From Eledone cirrhosa (Eukaryota), in NCBI GenBank assembly GCA_964016885.1, contig CAXHJY010000252.1, forward strand, positions 102,271 to 166,270: a stretch of DNA of 64,000 nucleotides, given 5' to 3'. Every line of letters starts with the position of its first letter. Position 1 is the stretch's first letter. Both the position numbers and the translations under genes were made by a program. This document shows, in pieces, positions 10,341 to 26,704 of this stretch. Under the pieces are notes generated by a model. It saw nothing but the letters and a program-made list of their open reading frames with translations, did no database searches and had not been told where the DNA came from.

Positions 10341-13300
10341 TTATACTTCTCTTAGGTCAGTGTTGTTTGTTTGGGTGTTGTTGTTGTTCCACTCATTCTT
10401 TCTGTTTAGCTTTGGTCTTCTAATTTCTATTTCACTGGCCTCTCTGATTTGCCTATCTGCTGGGTCATTCCTATGTTTAGATATTATTCTAATTTCTATG
10501 TTGTCTATGTTACCGTCATGATGTTGTCTAGCATGTTCGTATAGTACTGACCCGTTTTTTCGTCCTTTTAGTTCCCCCCAGTGTTGGTCTATCCTTTCAC
10601 CTATGCTACGAGCTGTCTCACCTATGTATGTTGTTGTCGTGTTTCTGCAAGTACCCTCTGTACATCTTATGCTATAGACTACGTTTCTAGTTTTACAGTT
10701 TATCCGGGGGTTCACCTTACATATGATACATTTCCTATTGGTACAGTGGGTTTTCTTAAAAGGGTAGGTTTTGCTGATCAGGGATTTTATGGTGGTTCCT
10801 GGCTTTTCTACCACCTTTATTTTTAAGTGGGTCTTTCTCAGGGCCTTTCTACACTGGTTAGCTAATTTCCCTCCAGGGGTGGCGTCCACAAACATGACAC
10901 TCTGATATCTCTGGTTGTCGTACCATGATGTGGCCTTCCCTATCTTATGTCTAGCCCTATCTAAGCTATTCCATGATTTGCTCCTGTATAGTGGGCAAAT
11001 TCCTTTCATGTCCAGTTCTATGAGGGTCTTATACTTTTCCATGGCTCCTTCGTATACTCTGACTCTGTCTCTTTGGTTGTAGCCAGAGAACTGCATGCGG
11101 TTGATGAAGTGTTGGATGTGTCCTTCCATTTCTGTTGGGTCGCACATGATGGACACATTCTTCATCACTCGTACCAAATCTGCGATCAGAATATTAAACT
11201 TAGCACTACTGGACATTGCTGAGTTTTTGAGTATCAGGTATTTGGAGGCCATGGGTTTAGCATAGTGTGAGTGGAGAATTTGGGCTCTCTCGTCTATAGT
11301 GTTAATCCAGAGTTCTGTGTCTAATACAGGTAGTCTATTGTTAGGGTGTTTGGAAGGGAAGTCTATAGTTACAGTTATACTCTGGTGTATGGAATTAGCT
11401 ATCTGCTGGATGCTTTCCATCGTGCTACGTTCTAAATCAAACTTGTTAGTGCTGTCTAGTGGGGGTGTTCTTATAACTATATTGATATCGTCTACATAAC
11501 GAGAGTACATGATGAGGTCTATGGAGCTTTCATTAAGGAGATCTTTAAGTCTCCTTTCCCACCATACCATGAAAAGGTTGGCAACATCGCCAGCTATGCT
11601 GACGCCGATGGCTGCTCCCTCATTTTGGGTGTAGATTTTCTCATTGAACTTAAATATGTGGCCCTTTAGGGTAGTTTTGATACTAGCCCCTATTGCATGT
11701 GCGACCATTTTTCTTACCTGATCAGTGTTTTGGGGGGTCCGTATAGCTTTGGTCCACCCAATCCACCTTCCTATGGGAGTCTTTTTAGCCATTGAGGTTA
11801 TGGTGGGGGGTCTACCTCTTATAGGTCTACTAGGGCAGAAACATCTAAGGTCATGGCTGTCTAGGTAGTCAGTGTCGTAGGTAAGTCTAAGTAGGAGGCC
11901 CAGTTCGTCTGTGTCGACGTCGCAGAACTCCACCTCACTCTCAATGATCATCTCCACACATCTTTTCACAGCAAAATCAATGTTAATGGATGGGTACAGT
12001 GACACCACATCCATGCTGCCTATTATGCAGTTGGATAGGCTCCTGTTTTTGTTGCACTCACTGATTCTGCTGAGGAGGTCCTCTGTACTTTCACATACAT
12101 CTGGGGACATCTTGATTATGGGGCGTATAACCATTGAGAGGAAGTAGGAGATCCTGTAGTTGCTAGCTATATTAGCTCCGCATACAGGTCTTGTTGGTGG
12201 TCCTATTGTCGGGTCGTCGACTGTCTTGTGGTCTTTGCGGAGCCCATACAAGGGTGGTATGCCATTGTTAGACGCCTGGAAGTTGTTGGCAGTGCGTCTG
12301 CTTGGCTTTAGGATGTCAGTCCACATCATCATGTGAGCGTTGAGGATTTTTTCTCTCCCATCGTGTGTTAGTTGTGCAACTTCGCTCGTGTTGGTGATGT
12401 GGGGTTGCATTGCCTCGATGTAGTTCGGCATGCTATCTATTGACATCCTACCAGACTTATCTGTGGGTAGACACACTACCTCACCATCCCTTGTGCGCTG
12501 CTTGAGGCTAACCAAGCCTTCTACAGGTTTTATCCCAAGTTGTTGGGCCTCTGGTCTGCTCTGTCTCATAGTGTACCTGTCTACTACTTGTCTAATCTTA
12601 TTTCTAGCTATGGTGAACTGTGCCTCCGTCTCGTCATCTATTTGTTGTGGTATGCAAACTCTTTTATTAAAGGGTAACCTCGTAGGATAGATATTACCCA
12701 TCTTATATGTTTTGTCAGCTGGGTTGAAAAATAGTTTCTCTAAGGGGTTGTCGTTATTTCTATCGTCATAGTTGTGTGTGTTGCTATTATTGTTATCATG
12801 GTGGTTGTTGTTGTTTCTATCCTTAGCATTAATATTATTATTGTTATGATTGCTAGATGTATTGTTGTTTACTTCACCGTTATTGTTGTTGTTACTGCTA
12901 TTTCTACCATTGTGGTTGTTACTATTATTATGTTTCTTGTTTTTGTTGATGTTGCTACATGTACTATTTCCATTATTACCACTGTGGTTATTGTTGTTGT
13001 TGTTGTTCGTATTGTTACCGTTATTACTACTGTGGTCACTGTTGCTGTGTCTGTGGTTAACGTTTCTATTATTATTATTATTGTGGTTGTTGTTGTTCTG
13101 TCTATCGCTAGTATTATTACCATTATCACTATTTCTCACTTTCCTGCCATTGTTATGGTTATGGCTGTTATTTCTATACCCAGAGTTATTGTTTATATTA
13201 CTACTACCGTTATTATTGTTGTTGTTGTTTACCTTTGCATTCCAACGTATTTTTGTGAAACACTTTTCCAGCTCCGTTTTGCATTCCATAGGATTAATTT

Positions 13301-13956
13301 TTTTGTAGATGGCAAATTTTGGTGGTAACTTTAGGATTTGTTGTTCTTGTTCACTGATTAAAGTGTTCCCATAGATATTTACTGTGTGGTCATTGGTAAA
13401 TTCTTCCGGTAGTTTTACATCACTCATACGGATGTTGTCGATGTTATCTGGGTATTTTTGAGAATATTCGATTTTCCTTTCTTGTAGTTTTTTCTTATTC
13501 ATCCATTCTAATTTCTTCTTGAAATGCCTACAGCATTCGTTTTGAGCATATTTCGTTTCGCGTCGGATGACGCTCATGAAGTCATCTCTCTCGTTTGCTG
13601 TGATGAGATTTCGGATTTCCTTACCGTTGATGCGTTTTTGTCTGTAGAGTGCGTTGACTTTTGTGTATGTTGTTCTTTTCATATTAACTGTTATTGTGTG
13701 TTTTAGCCGTTCAGCTTGTGTTTTGTTCAATAATAAATTATTTACTTGTTTTGATATGTTTGTTGTGTATGTTTTGGAGGAAACACAGTGTTTTAAGAAG
13801 CGGATTTGTTCTGTTGTTATTGTAGTTTTTATATAACAGAAAACAGTGTCTTTCAATAACCTTTCAGCTTGGCACAAGCTAATGCCATAGCGGCGATGAA
13901 TTAGTTTTGCGAGGTTTTTTATATGAAATCGTGTGTCGAAACAGATATTGTTATAT
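10341..13956 (-). CDS. Second copy of the PLE polyprotein, lacking the first ~14 nt including the ATG
   Basis: The protein matches 6210-9839 over the shared length. Homology stops at 13956, and the codon upstream of TAT-AAC-AAT is TGA from the inverted segment. The ORF-track start at 13877 is an internal TTG. Confidence 0.85.
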
Positions 13957-14169
13957 CAGTCAATGGCAACATTGAGGACCGAGTAAGCTAGATCGCAGAT
14001 ATATATATATAAAAGACAGCGAGAAGCGAAAACCAACCAAACAGTGAGTGTGTTCTGTTATTAATTCTGGCAATATTACGCAAATATGACCCTCCCCAAA
14101 TATAACAATATCTGTTTCGACACACGATTTCATATAAAAAACCTCGCAAAACTAATTCATCGCCGCTAT

Positions 14170-14195
14170 ATATATATATATATACATATATACAA

Positions 14196-14226
<31 letters not shown>

Positions 14227-14412
14227 TACATATATATATACATATATACATACATACATAGAAATATTTATATACATACATACATACTTACATACATACA
14301 AATATATACATACATACATATATACAAATATATATATACATACATACATGCATACACATACATACATATATACAAATATATATATACATACATACATACA
14401 TACATACATACA

Positions 14413-14444
<32 letters not shown>

Positions 14445-14580
14445 CACATACATACATGCGAACATACATACATGTATACACACGCACACACACACATACA
14501 TACATATATACACACATACATACATACACGCACACACACACACACACACATAAATATACACACGCATACACACACAGGTA

Positions 14581-14648
<68 letters not shown>

Positions 14649-14684
14649 GTTCTAGTCCTGTAGAAGCGATTTCTATATCAAATA

Positions 14685-14762
<78 letters not shown>

Positions 14763-15092
14763 ATATACACATATACATATATACCTATGTGTATATATAT
14801 ATGTATATAGTGTGTGTATGTGTATGTTTACATACACACACATAATACATATATGTATATATATATAAGTATCTGTATGTGTATACACACACACGCACAT
14901 ATACTTATATACACACTACTCTCCAATTTGAATGCAAATTCTCTCTCCTCACACCACCACCCTCTCTATCTCTCGTTATTCCTTCCCCTCTTCCCCAACT
15001 TCCCACCCTCGCCTCTCTCTCTCTCTCTCTCCTCACACCACCACCCTCTCTATCTCTCGCTATCCCCCCCTCTTCCCCAACTTCCCACCCAC

Positions 15093-15130
<38 letters not shown>

Positions 15131-15200
15131 ACACCACCACCCTCTCTATCTCTCGCTACCCCCCCCCCCCCCCTCTTCCCCAACTTCCCACCCACCCTTC

Positions 15201-15238
<38 letters not shown>

Positions 15239-15729
15239 CATCTCCCCCTTCTCCCACCTTCCACCACCACCACCCTCTCTCTCTCTCTCACTCTACTCCC
15301 CTCCCTCTTCCTCCACTTTCCACCCCCTCTCTCTCTACTCCTCACCCTCTTCCTCCACCTTCCACCACCACCCATGCACCCCTCTCTCTCACTACTCTCT
15401 CTCTTCCTCCACCTTCCACCCCCCTCTCTCTACTCCTCTCCCTCTTCCTTCCACCTTCCACCATCACCCGTCCACCTCCTCTCTCTACTCCTCTTCCTCC
15501 ACCTTCCACCACCCCTGCCCATCCACCCCTCTCACCACTCCTCACACTACTCCCCTCCCTCCCACCACTCCTCACACTACTCCCCTCCCTCTCACCACTC
15601 CTCACACTACTCCCCCCTCTCCCCCCACCCTACTATGAGATAATCTCTGGAGAGGTTGAAGTAATTTAGGAAAATACAGAATTTATTGAATTCATCAAGA
15701 TTGCCTTTATGTATGTATGTGTGTATGTA

Positions 15730-15768
<39 letters not shown>

Positions 15769-16040
15769 GTGTATATATGTATGTATGTGTGTATGTATGT
15801 ATGTGTGTGTGTGTATGTGTATGTGTGTATGTGTGTATGTATGTGTGTGTATGTATGTGTGTATGTATGTATGTATGTGTGTATGTATGTATGTGTGTGT
15901 GTGTGTGTGTATGTGTGTATGTGTGTATGTATGTGTGTGTATGTATGTGTGTATGTATGTATGTATGTGTGCATGTATGTGTGTATGTATGTATGTATGT
16001 ATGTGTGTATGTATATATGTATGTATGTATGTATGTACAT

Positions 16041-16115
<75 letters not shown>
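14170..16115. repeat. Low-complexity block: (TACA)n, (TA)n, C/T-rich repeats, (TATG)n
   Basis: Direct inspection. Confidence 0.9.
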
Positions 16116-16122
<7 letters not shown>

Positions 16123-17531
16123 AGATCAAAAGATGGTTAAAGGAGTTCCATATATTTTATTATGCGCATTTCAAAAACAAACATCATCAAACAATAATAT
16201 TTGTGTTTTCATCAGATAAAACAGGAGAACATGATATGAAGGCTAAAAAACACTTGTTGATAGTGCAGTTTTAAATCAACATATGAAAAGTGGTTTTAGA
16301 TTGATGTGTGATATTGGGAAAAATATTTTATTTAGAGAGGGGGGGGGGGAGAAAAGGATGAAAAGGGAAGGAGATGAGAGGGAGAGATGGGTGATAGAGA
16401 GAAAGAGATAGTTTTTATAACTGAGAGGAGATATATTTTATATAGAGGGGTTGAAAACCGTTGGAAGATACTGTATAAATTAAAAATTTTGAAAATTAAC
16501 GAAGGGAGGATATGTGCGAGGAAAAAATATTTTATTTAGGGAGGGGGGGGGGTTGGAAAGGATGAAAAAAAGGGGAGGAGATGAGAGTGAAGGTGGAAAG
16601 GGAGAGATGGGTGATAGAGAGAAAGAGATAGTTTTTATAACTGAGAAAAAGATATAATGTTTTAATATAGAGAGGTTGGGAACCGTTGGAAGATAATGTA
16701 TAAATTAAAGGAATTTGAAAATTAACGAAGGGAAATTATGTATGAAGATAGAGAGAAAAAAATAATAATTGTGGGTGAATATTCTAACGTCAAAAGAAGA
16801 AATGTATGTATTGTGGGAATTTCAAAATTAGCAAAGAGAAAAAAAGTTTATGTGTTGAAGGATTTGAGAAAAATAATGTGAAGTTAAAGTTTGTATATTG
16901 AATTCATATGTATTAATAATGAGTTCGTTGATGGGGAGAAAAAAATAATAATAAATTAAGGATGAAATTGAGATTAAAAAGATTTATGATAGAGAGAAAA
17001 AATAATAATGATTGCGGATGAATACTCAAAATGTCAAAAACAAATGTTATTGTTTTACGAGAAGATAGAATGAGGGTAATGAGTAAACGAGTATTATAGA
17101 GTGTATAATGCCCTTTAAAGTAAGGTAGATGGGTATATTTTAAAGAATATATGAGTATATATTAAAAAAAATATAATAATAAATTAAGGATGAAATTGAG
17201 ATTAAAAAGATTTATGATAGAGAGAAAAAATAATAATGATTGCGGATGAATATTCAAAATGTCAAAAACAAATGTTATTGTTTTACGAGAAGATAGAATG
17301 AGGGTAATGAGTAAACGAGTATTATAGAGTGTATAATGCCCTTTAAAGTTAGGTAGATGGGTATATTTTAAAGAGGTGTATGTATATGTGCCTTTGAGAA
17401 AAGATTCTAAATTGATAAAGAATTGAATATTAACTGTATACTTTGTGAAAAGTTCTATGGAATTTATGCAGGCAGATAGAAAACAAATCTGAGCGTCTAT
17501 TTATTATGGATTCTAGGTTAGAGATAATGGT
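16115..17531 (-). mobile_element. Family D PLE 3' fragment with hammerhead (16154-16222) and an internal ~215-bp duplication
   Basis: Collinear with ~26795-28020. ~16945-17145 is repeated at ~17175-17375. Flanked by (TA)n. Confidence 0.8.
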
Positions 17532-17581
17532 ATATATATATATATATATATATACACATACTATATATATAAACATACAAA

Positions 17582-17651
<70 letters not shown>

Positions 17652-17655
<4 letters not shown>

Positions 17656-18014
17656 AGAGGTTATATTTAATTTGTTGGGATACAACAAGCAAAATATTTT
17701 TATAACTGATATAAAACAAATTATTGGAGTAAATATACAATATATTAACAAATGGAAACTATATTTATAAAACCATATTTATAAAACCATATTTATTTCA
17801 TTATACATATCTCAAGGGCCACCAGAGCAAACTATGGTGCGCTTTCATCAGATAAAATATAATATAAGTTAGTTTTATAAATAAATATTGACATACCCTG
17901 AAAAAATGCAACCATTCTGGTTGGAATCTCCTGGATATTGCCTTGGTGGCCCTTGAAATATGTATAATGAAATAAATATGGTTTTATAAATATAGTTTCC
18001 ATTTGTTAATATAT

Positions 18015-18019
<5 letters not shown>
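17652..18019. mobile_element. Family C element with partial inversion
   Basis: Homologous to 25198-25630. ~17944-18019 inverts ~17735-17825. Confidence 0.7.
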
Positions 18020-18051
<32 letters not shown>

Positions 18052-18498
18052 CGAAGGAAATGTGGTAAGGAACCAGGTGGACCATAACGCACCAAAGTAC
18101 TCAATACTTAGTTCCTATATATATATATATATGTCTGTGTGTTGCGTTCCTTTCTTATTCATTTATCTTCTCTTAGATTAATATTTATAAGAAATCTGTG
18201 GGCAAAATAATTGTGTCTATTGTAGGCACAAGGCCAGCAATTTGGAGGGAAAAGTCGGTTAAATCGACCCTAGTAAATTACTGGTACTTTATTTTATCGA
18301 CCCCGTAAGGACGAAAGGCAAAGTTGACCTCGGCGGGATTTCCACAATTTATCAATCACTCATGGTTTTATTGCTCGAAAACAATGGCTGATCAGCACAT
18401 TCGATTAATCAGCAAAATTCCGATACCGATTAATTGGCAAAATGACGGATTATCTGCCGATTAATTAATGCGGGCCTAGCTATAATAAATTGTACTAT

Positions 18499-18556
<58 letters not shown>

Positions 18557-18573
18557 GCTACAACTACTAGTAA

Positions 18574-18608
<35 letters not shown>

Positions 18609-18839
18609 TAGTGTGGTAATAGTAGTGGCGGTGGTGTTGTTGTTGTTGTTGTTGGTGGTGGTGGTGATGGTGTATGTAGTGTTGGTAATAGTAGTAACAG
18701 AGGTGGAGGTGGTTGGTGTAGTGTAGAAGGCGGGCCAGTAGTAATAGTGAGTGAAATGATTGTAAGTAGGTCAATAGAGTTCGATCTATTTGTTGTCAAC
18801 ATCGATCTCCATAACTTCCTAAATGTGACATCCGTGTTT

Positions 18840-19885
18840 ACACACACTCAGACATACACACACAGACATACACACACAGAGACACACACAGACATACACA
18901 CACAGAGACACACACAGACATACACACAGACATACACACACAGAGACACACACATACACACACACACACAGAGACACACACAGACATACACACACACAGA
19001 CATACACACACAGAGACACACGCAGACAGACATACACACACGCAGGTATACACACACAGAGACACACACAGACACACACACACACAGGCAGACATACACA
19101 CACACACACACACAGGCAGACATACACACAGAGACACACACACATACACACACAGGCAGACATACACACAGAGACACACATACACACACAGGCAGACATA
19201 CACACACACACACACACAGGCAGACATACACACAGAGACACACACACACATACACACACAGGCAGACATACACACAGAGACACACACATACACACACAGG
19301 CAGACATACACACACACACACACACACACACAGGCAGACATACACACAAACACACACACACACACACAGGCAGACATACACACAGAGACACACACACACA
19401 TACACACAGAGGCAGACATACACACACACACACACACACAGGCAGACATACACACAGAGACACACATACACACACAGGCAGACATACACACACATACACA
19501 CACACACACACAGGCAGACATACACACAGAGACACACACACACATACACACACAGGCAGACATACACACAAACACACACACACAGGCAGACATACACACA
19601 GAGACACACACACACATACACACAGAGGCAGACATACACACAGAGACACACACACACACACACATACACACACAGGCAGACATACACACACACACACAGG
19701 CAGACATACACACAGAGACAGACACACATACACACACAGACACACATACACACACACACACACAGAGACACACATACACACACACACACACACAGGCAGA
19801 CATACACACACATACACACACAGACATACACACACACGCACACACACATACACACACAAAAACGCACACACACATACACACACAT
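18840..19885. repeat. CA-rich compound micro/minisatellite (caggcagacata(ca)n)
   Basis: Direct inspection. Confidence 0.93.
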
Positions 19886-19978
19886 GTATATGTGTGTGTT
19901 GGTATAAATATATATCTATCAATATGTATACATGTACGCACACACTCAATTGATTAATTACATGTATATATTTGTTTA

Positions 19979-20015
<37 letters not shown>

Positions 20016-20182
20016 ATATATAAGATCAAAAGATGGTTAAAAGAGTTCCATGTATTTTATTATTAACTCTTTTAACCATCTTTTGATCTTATATATTATG
20101 TATACTCCAGTCCTACAAACTGTAGAGTGCTTCTTATCCGATATCTGCATTGCTTTATTGTACTACAATAAAACTCACCTCC

Positions 20183-20187
<5 letters not shown>
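20016..20187. mobile_element. Short fold-back terminus of family D
   Basis: ataagatcaaaagatggttaaaagagtt...aactcttttaaccatcttttgatcttat, followed by the reverse complement of 26705-26795. Confidence 0.7.
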
Positions 20188-20217
<30 letters not shown>

Positions 20218-20317
20218 CCCTCCACCCCCCACCTCACCCCACTCTCAAGAGCGTGAAACTTATAAACCTTTGTTTGTACTGCCTCTCTGTTTTGTTCCCG
20301 TTTAATTTTTCACTATA

Positions 20318-20367
<50 letters not shown>

Positions 20368-20553
20368 ATTATGTATATATATATATATGTATATATACAT
20401 AATTTTGTATATATATATTTATGTATATATATATATATATATATATAATTATGTATATATATATATGTATATATACATAATTATGTATATATATACATAA
20501 TTATGTATATATATATATATATATATACATACATCTATATATATATACATAAT

Positions 20554-20605
<52 letters not shown>

Positions 20606-20855
20606 ATTGTTTCTACTTTTTGGCACAAGGCCAGCAAATACCCAGTGCATTACTGGTACTTTATTTTATCGACCCCGTAAGGATGAAAGGCAAAGTTAAC
20701 CTCGGCGGGATTTGAACTCAGAATGGCAAGGGCCGTAACTCTATGCGTCAAAGCATGGCGTCCGACCCTCTACCGATACTGCCAATCCATCGCCCTTGTA
20801 TGGATTGGCAGTATACCTATATGTATATATACATAATTATGTGTATATATATGTA

Positions 20856-20955
<100 letters not shown>

Positions 20956-21159
20956 CATAAACGGAATAAATGAAACGAAATTTCATTTACCACTCTTAGT
21001 ACGGCTGTTATCTATATATACATACATAATTATCTATATATATGTATATATATATCTAATTATGTATATATATATATATGTACATATACATATACATACA
21101 TAATTATATTTATATTATATATATCATATATATATATAATATAATTATAATTATGTATG

Positions 21160-21245
<86 letters not shown>

Positions 21246-21318
21246 CATACACACACATATATATATGTATATGTGTGCGTGCGTGTGTGAGTATGTTTGT
21301 AAATGTATATATGTGCGT

Positions 21319-21409
<91 letters not shown>

Positions 21410-21800
21410 TATACACACATATATATATATATGTTGACATTTGTCTAGATTCCACTAGTATTTCCGTCCAGATCAAGTATGTCAGGCGGCCTTTTAATTA
21501 AAGCACTTCAAAGGAAAGAAGGAGATGTGGTGTGGTGTGGTTACATGGAGGGGTGGCCTACTTCTTACGTGGTCATGATATTTACTGATGTGCTAACGTG
21601 TTTCAGTTGTTAGAGTTTTCGGCTCACGACCTTAATTACGTGGAACCGGTTCCTAGACACGTCACTGGCTTGTAATTTTGTTATGGAATATGTTATTTCA
21701 AGTTGTTCCTTTCTTCTGTCAAGAGTTGCGACTGATAGTTAGTATCAGCAATGGATAGACCTATGGGAACATCGTCTCCTTGGTCTGATCTGATAATCAA

Positions 21801-21836
<36 letters not shown>

Positions 21837-22029
21837 GATAAATCTACCAAGAGTTTACGGTAGTGTCCAATCCGTATGAAGAACTCAATGTAATCCGGAT
21901 ATCATGGAAAGCAGAGATGCATTCAAAAATCACTTTCGGTGAAAGATAAACGGAATACAGAGTCAAGATAAAATATTAAAAAAATAATGAATAAAACAAT
22001 GAAACAGTTCCTTATATTAAACAAAAAAA

Positions 22030-22069
<40 letters not shown>

Positions 22070-22073
<4 letters not shown>

Positions 22074-22385
22074 TAAAAGGAAAAGAAAATGCTGACAAAT
22101 TTTTCCCAGTGAAAAATAGTTTAATTAGGAATAAGTATAAATTAGTAATAAGTATTGGTTAGTATTCAGTTTTAATTTTAAGTTTTACCGGTTGCGCATT
22201 TCTAATGCTTTTCAAAAATAATTTTGAGATAGAGCGCTCGTGATGTTTGTTCTAAACCGAACCGGTAAAAACTTAAAACTAAAACTGAATACTAACCAAT
22301 ACTTATTACTAATTTTTACTTATTCCTAATTAAACTATTTTTCACTGGGATAAATTTGTCAGCATTTTCTTTTCCTTTTACTAAT
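22070..22385. repeat. Inverted repeat with ~120-bp arms next to (TA)n
   Basis: tagtaaaaggaaaagaaaatgctgacaaattt...ttttaccggtt / aaccggtaaaa...aaatttgtcagcattttcttttccttttacta. Confidence 0.85.
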
Positions 22386-22608
22386 ATATCACAACTCGTG
22401 TGTTACACCTCTATTCTTTAAAATATGCAGAGGTTATATTTAATTTGTTGGGATTCAAAAAGCTTAAAATTTGTTATTACTGATAAAAAAAGCACTCAAC
22501 AATTTAGTGGAGTAAATACACAATATATTAATAAATGGAAACTATATTTATATAACAATCAAAACCGAACGGATGGATAGAGAGAGAGAGAGAAAAAAAC
22601 GAGAGTGA

Positions 22609-22691
<83 letters not shown>

Positions 22692-22711
22692 AGAGATGGA
22701 TGGATAGATAG

Positions 22712-23155
22712 ATTTCTTTATTTGCCACAAGGGCGCACAATAAAAGGGGATAATACAAAGACATATGGCGGGTATTTTATATTCAGTCGTGTAAAAAAAG
22801 TTTGAACATGAAAATATAACAACCGAAATCCCCAATAAGGCGGGGTGGCGTTACAAATAGGTTGTTTAATACCCCGTAGATAGAACAACCCTCAACTCCA
22901 CGAGCCTGTTGTGCAAGTGCTCCTTTATTCCTTTTGCTCTCTTCTTCAACCTACAGGTTTATATACAGAGAAGGCCCAATCACTCGGGCCATTTTTACTA
23001 CATTCACCCAACTTTCAGTAAATTTACTGGGGTGCAGTGCCTCTCTCTCTCCACTCTGATTCTCCTTCTGAAGTGGTACCTAAAGAAGGGAATGAGTTGG
23101 TGTCCGGAGAGAAAGGCATCTGTCCTCAGTCCTCTCAACCTTGCCCACCATAGCC
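22712..23155 (-). mobile_element. L1/Tx1-type LINE 3' fragment
   Basis: Reverse complement matches 4336-4675. Ends AATAAAGAAA + (TCTA)n. Confidence 0.7.
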
Positions 23156-23392
23156 GCTATACAGAGGGAAACCTCTTCTCTTACTGTTATTGTTGTTGTT
23201 GTTATGGCTGTTGTTATTGTTGTTATTGTTGTTATTGTTGTTACTGTTGCTGTAGTTGTTGCATGACCAACCCAGTAACAGAAATATATTGTTTAGACAA
23301 GCTTCCATTTAAAGACACGTTTGTATTGCTTTGTATTAGATTTAAAAAAACTGTCAAATATTTGATATATGGCGAGTGAGGGTTGGGGCTGT

Positions 23393-23965
23393 GTTGGTGG
23401 TAAGTTGGTGGAGTGGTTGTGTTGGTGGTGTCGGTGGTATGGTGGTAAGTCGGTGGAGTGGTTGTGTTGGTGGTGTCGGTGGTGTGGTGGTAAGTCGGTG
23501 GAGTGGTTGTGTTGGTGGTGTCGGTGGTATGGTGGTAAGTCGGTGGAGTGGTTGTGTTGGTGGTGTCGGTGGTGTGGTGGTAAGTCGGTGGAGTGGTTGT
23601 GTTGGTGGTGTCGGTGGTGTGGTGGTAAGTCGGTGGAGTGGTTGTGTTGGTGGTGTCGGTGGTGTGGTGGTAAGTCAGTGGAGTGGTTGTGTTGGTGGTG
23701 TCGGTGGTGTGGTTGTGTTGGTGGTGTCGGTGGTGTGGTGGTAAGTCGGTGGAGTGGTTGTGTTGGTGGTGTCGGTGGTGTGGTGGTAAGTCGGTGGAGT
23801 GGTTGTGTTGGTAGTGTCGGTGGTGTGGTGGTAAGTCGGTGGAGTGGTTGTGTTGGTGGTGTCGGTGGTGTGGTGGTAAGTCGGTGGAGTGGTTGTGTTG
23901 GCGGTGTTGGTGGTGTGGTGGTAAGTCGGTGGAGTGGTTGTGTTGGCGGTGTTGGTGGTGTGGTG
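23393..23965. repeat. 45-bp GT-rich minisatellite, ~12 units
   Basis: Unit ggtggtaagtcggtggagtggttgtgttggtggtgtcggtggtgt. Confidence 0.93.
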
Positions 23966-24079
23966 GAGGGCGGGGTGTCGGTGGAGGGCGGGGGTGTCGG
24001 TGGGGTGGGGTGGTGGCTGTAGACCGCCTAAGCCCCAAAATATGTCAACCTAAACAGGTCAGACAAAATAAATGACATA

Positions 24080-24140
<61 letters not shown>

Positions 24141-24146
<6 letters not shown>

Positions 24147-24595
24147 AAGTTATATTTAAAATTGTTGGGTTACAACTAGTAAATATTTATAACTGATATA
24201 AAAGCACTCGACAAATATTTGGAGTATATTTACAATATTAAATAAATGGAAAACTATATTTATAAAACCATATTTATTTCATTATATATATTTCGGGGAT
24301 ATCATATTAACAATATGCTATGCCTTCATCAGACAAAATACAATATAAACAGTTTTATAGATAAATATATTCGACATACCGTAATAAACATCAACTTCAT
24401 TTGAAGAGGTTCGACTGCTAGCGTAAACCTCTTCAAATGAAGTTGATGTTTATTACGGTATGTCGAATATATTTATCTATAAAACTGTTTATATTGTATT
24501 TTGTCTGATGAAGGCATAGCATATTGTTAATATGATATCCCCGAAATATATATAATGAAATAAATATGGTTTTATAAATATAGTTTTCCATTTAT

Positions 24596-24603
<8 letters not shown>
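24141..24603. mobile_element. Fold-back pLTR-like element family C with a hammerhead in each arm (~24275-24340 -, ~24497-24562 +)
   Basis: Arms ~24234-24410 and ~24426-24603 are near-perfect reverse complements. tattttgtCTGATGA...GAAAtatataTAatgaaata. Flanked by (TA)n. Confidence 0.8.
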
Positions 24604-24663
<60 letters not shown>

Positions 24664-24681
24664 GATATATATATATATATA

Positions 24682-24727
<46 letters not shown>

Positions 24728-24744
24728 GATATATATATATATAT

Positions 24745-25630
<886 letters not shown>

Positions 25631-25713
25631 CATATATATATATATATATATATACATGTTATAGAAACACGTGTCAATAAATTTCTTTCAACTAAACTGT
25701 ATCCATTCAAATT

Positions 25714-25822
<109 letters not shown>

Positions 25823-26313
25823 CGAAGGAAATGTGGTAAGGAACCAGATGGACCATAACGCACCAAAGTACTCAATACTTAGGGTAGTAGAGTGGGTAAT
25901 AGGAACAAGTATGACCCCGACGGCTTGAGCTCTGCCGTCGGGGTCATACTTGTTCCTATATATATATACATATATATACGTATATATATATACATATATA
26001 TACGTATATATATATATATATATATATATATAACAAACCTGGACCCTTGGAATTGATGGTAAAATCCAGTACAGGGTTTCTGCGACACCTAAATCAATAA
26101 TACTTTCTGCTTAAAACAATCGAACAAGGAATATCACGTTATCAACAGGTATTTTGTTCTATTGCGGATGACACAGGGCTCTGTAAAGGCACATGTGTAA
26201 CTTACAGGCGAAAAACCCCAGATTTTGGCAAATGAATTCAGTATGTGTAAATCATGCAAAAAATTGCATAAATAGCACAAATCGATATATATATATATAT
26301 GTATATACATACA

Positions 26314-26446
<133 letters not shown>

Positions 26447-26447
26447 G

Positions 26448-26516
<69 letters not shown>

Positions 26517-26519
26517 GTA

Positions 26520-26553
<34 letters not shown>

Positions 26554-26584
26554 TATATATATATATATGTATATATATATATGC

Positions 26585-26653
<69 letters not shown>

Positions 26654-26704
26654 AGAGAGAGAGAGAGAGAGAGAGAGATGTATATATATATATATATATA
26701 TATA

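Noticed and set aside
6450-13836. Antisense ORFs within the PLE
   Set aside because: Shadow frames of the main ORF and its Asn tract.
23241-24038. His/Thr-rich repetitive protein
   Set aside because: Product of the 45-bp minisatellite, open in several frames on both strands.
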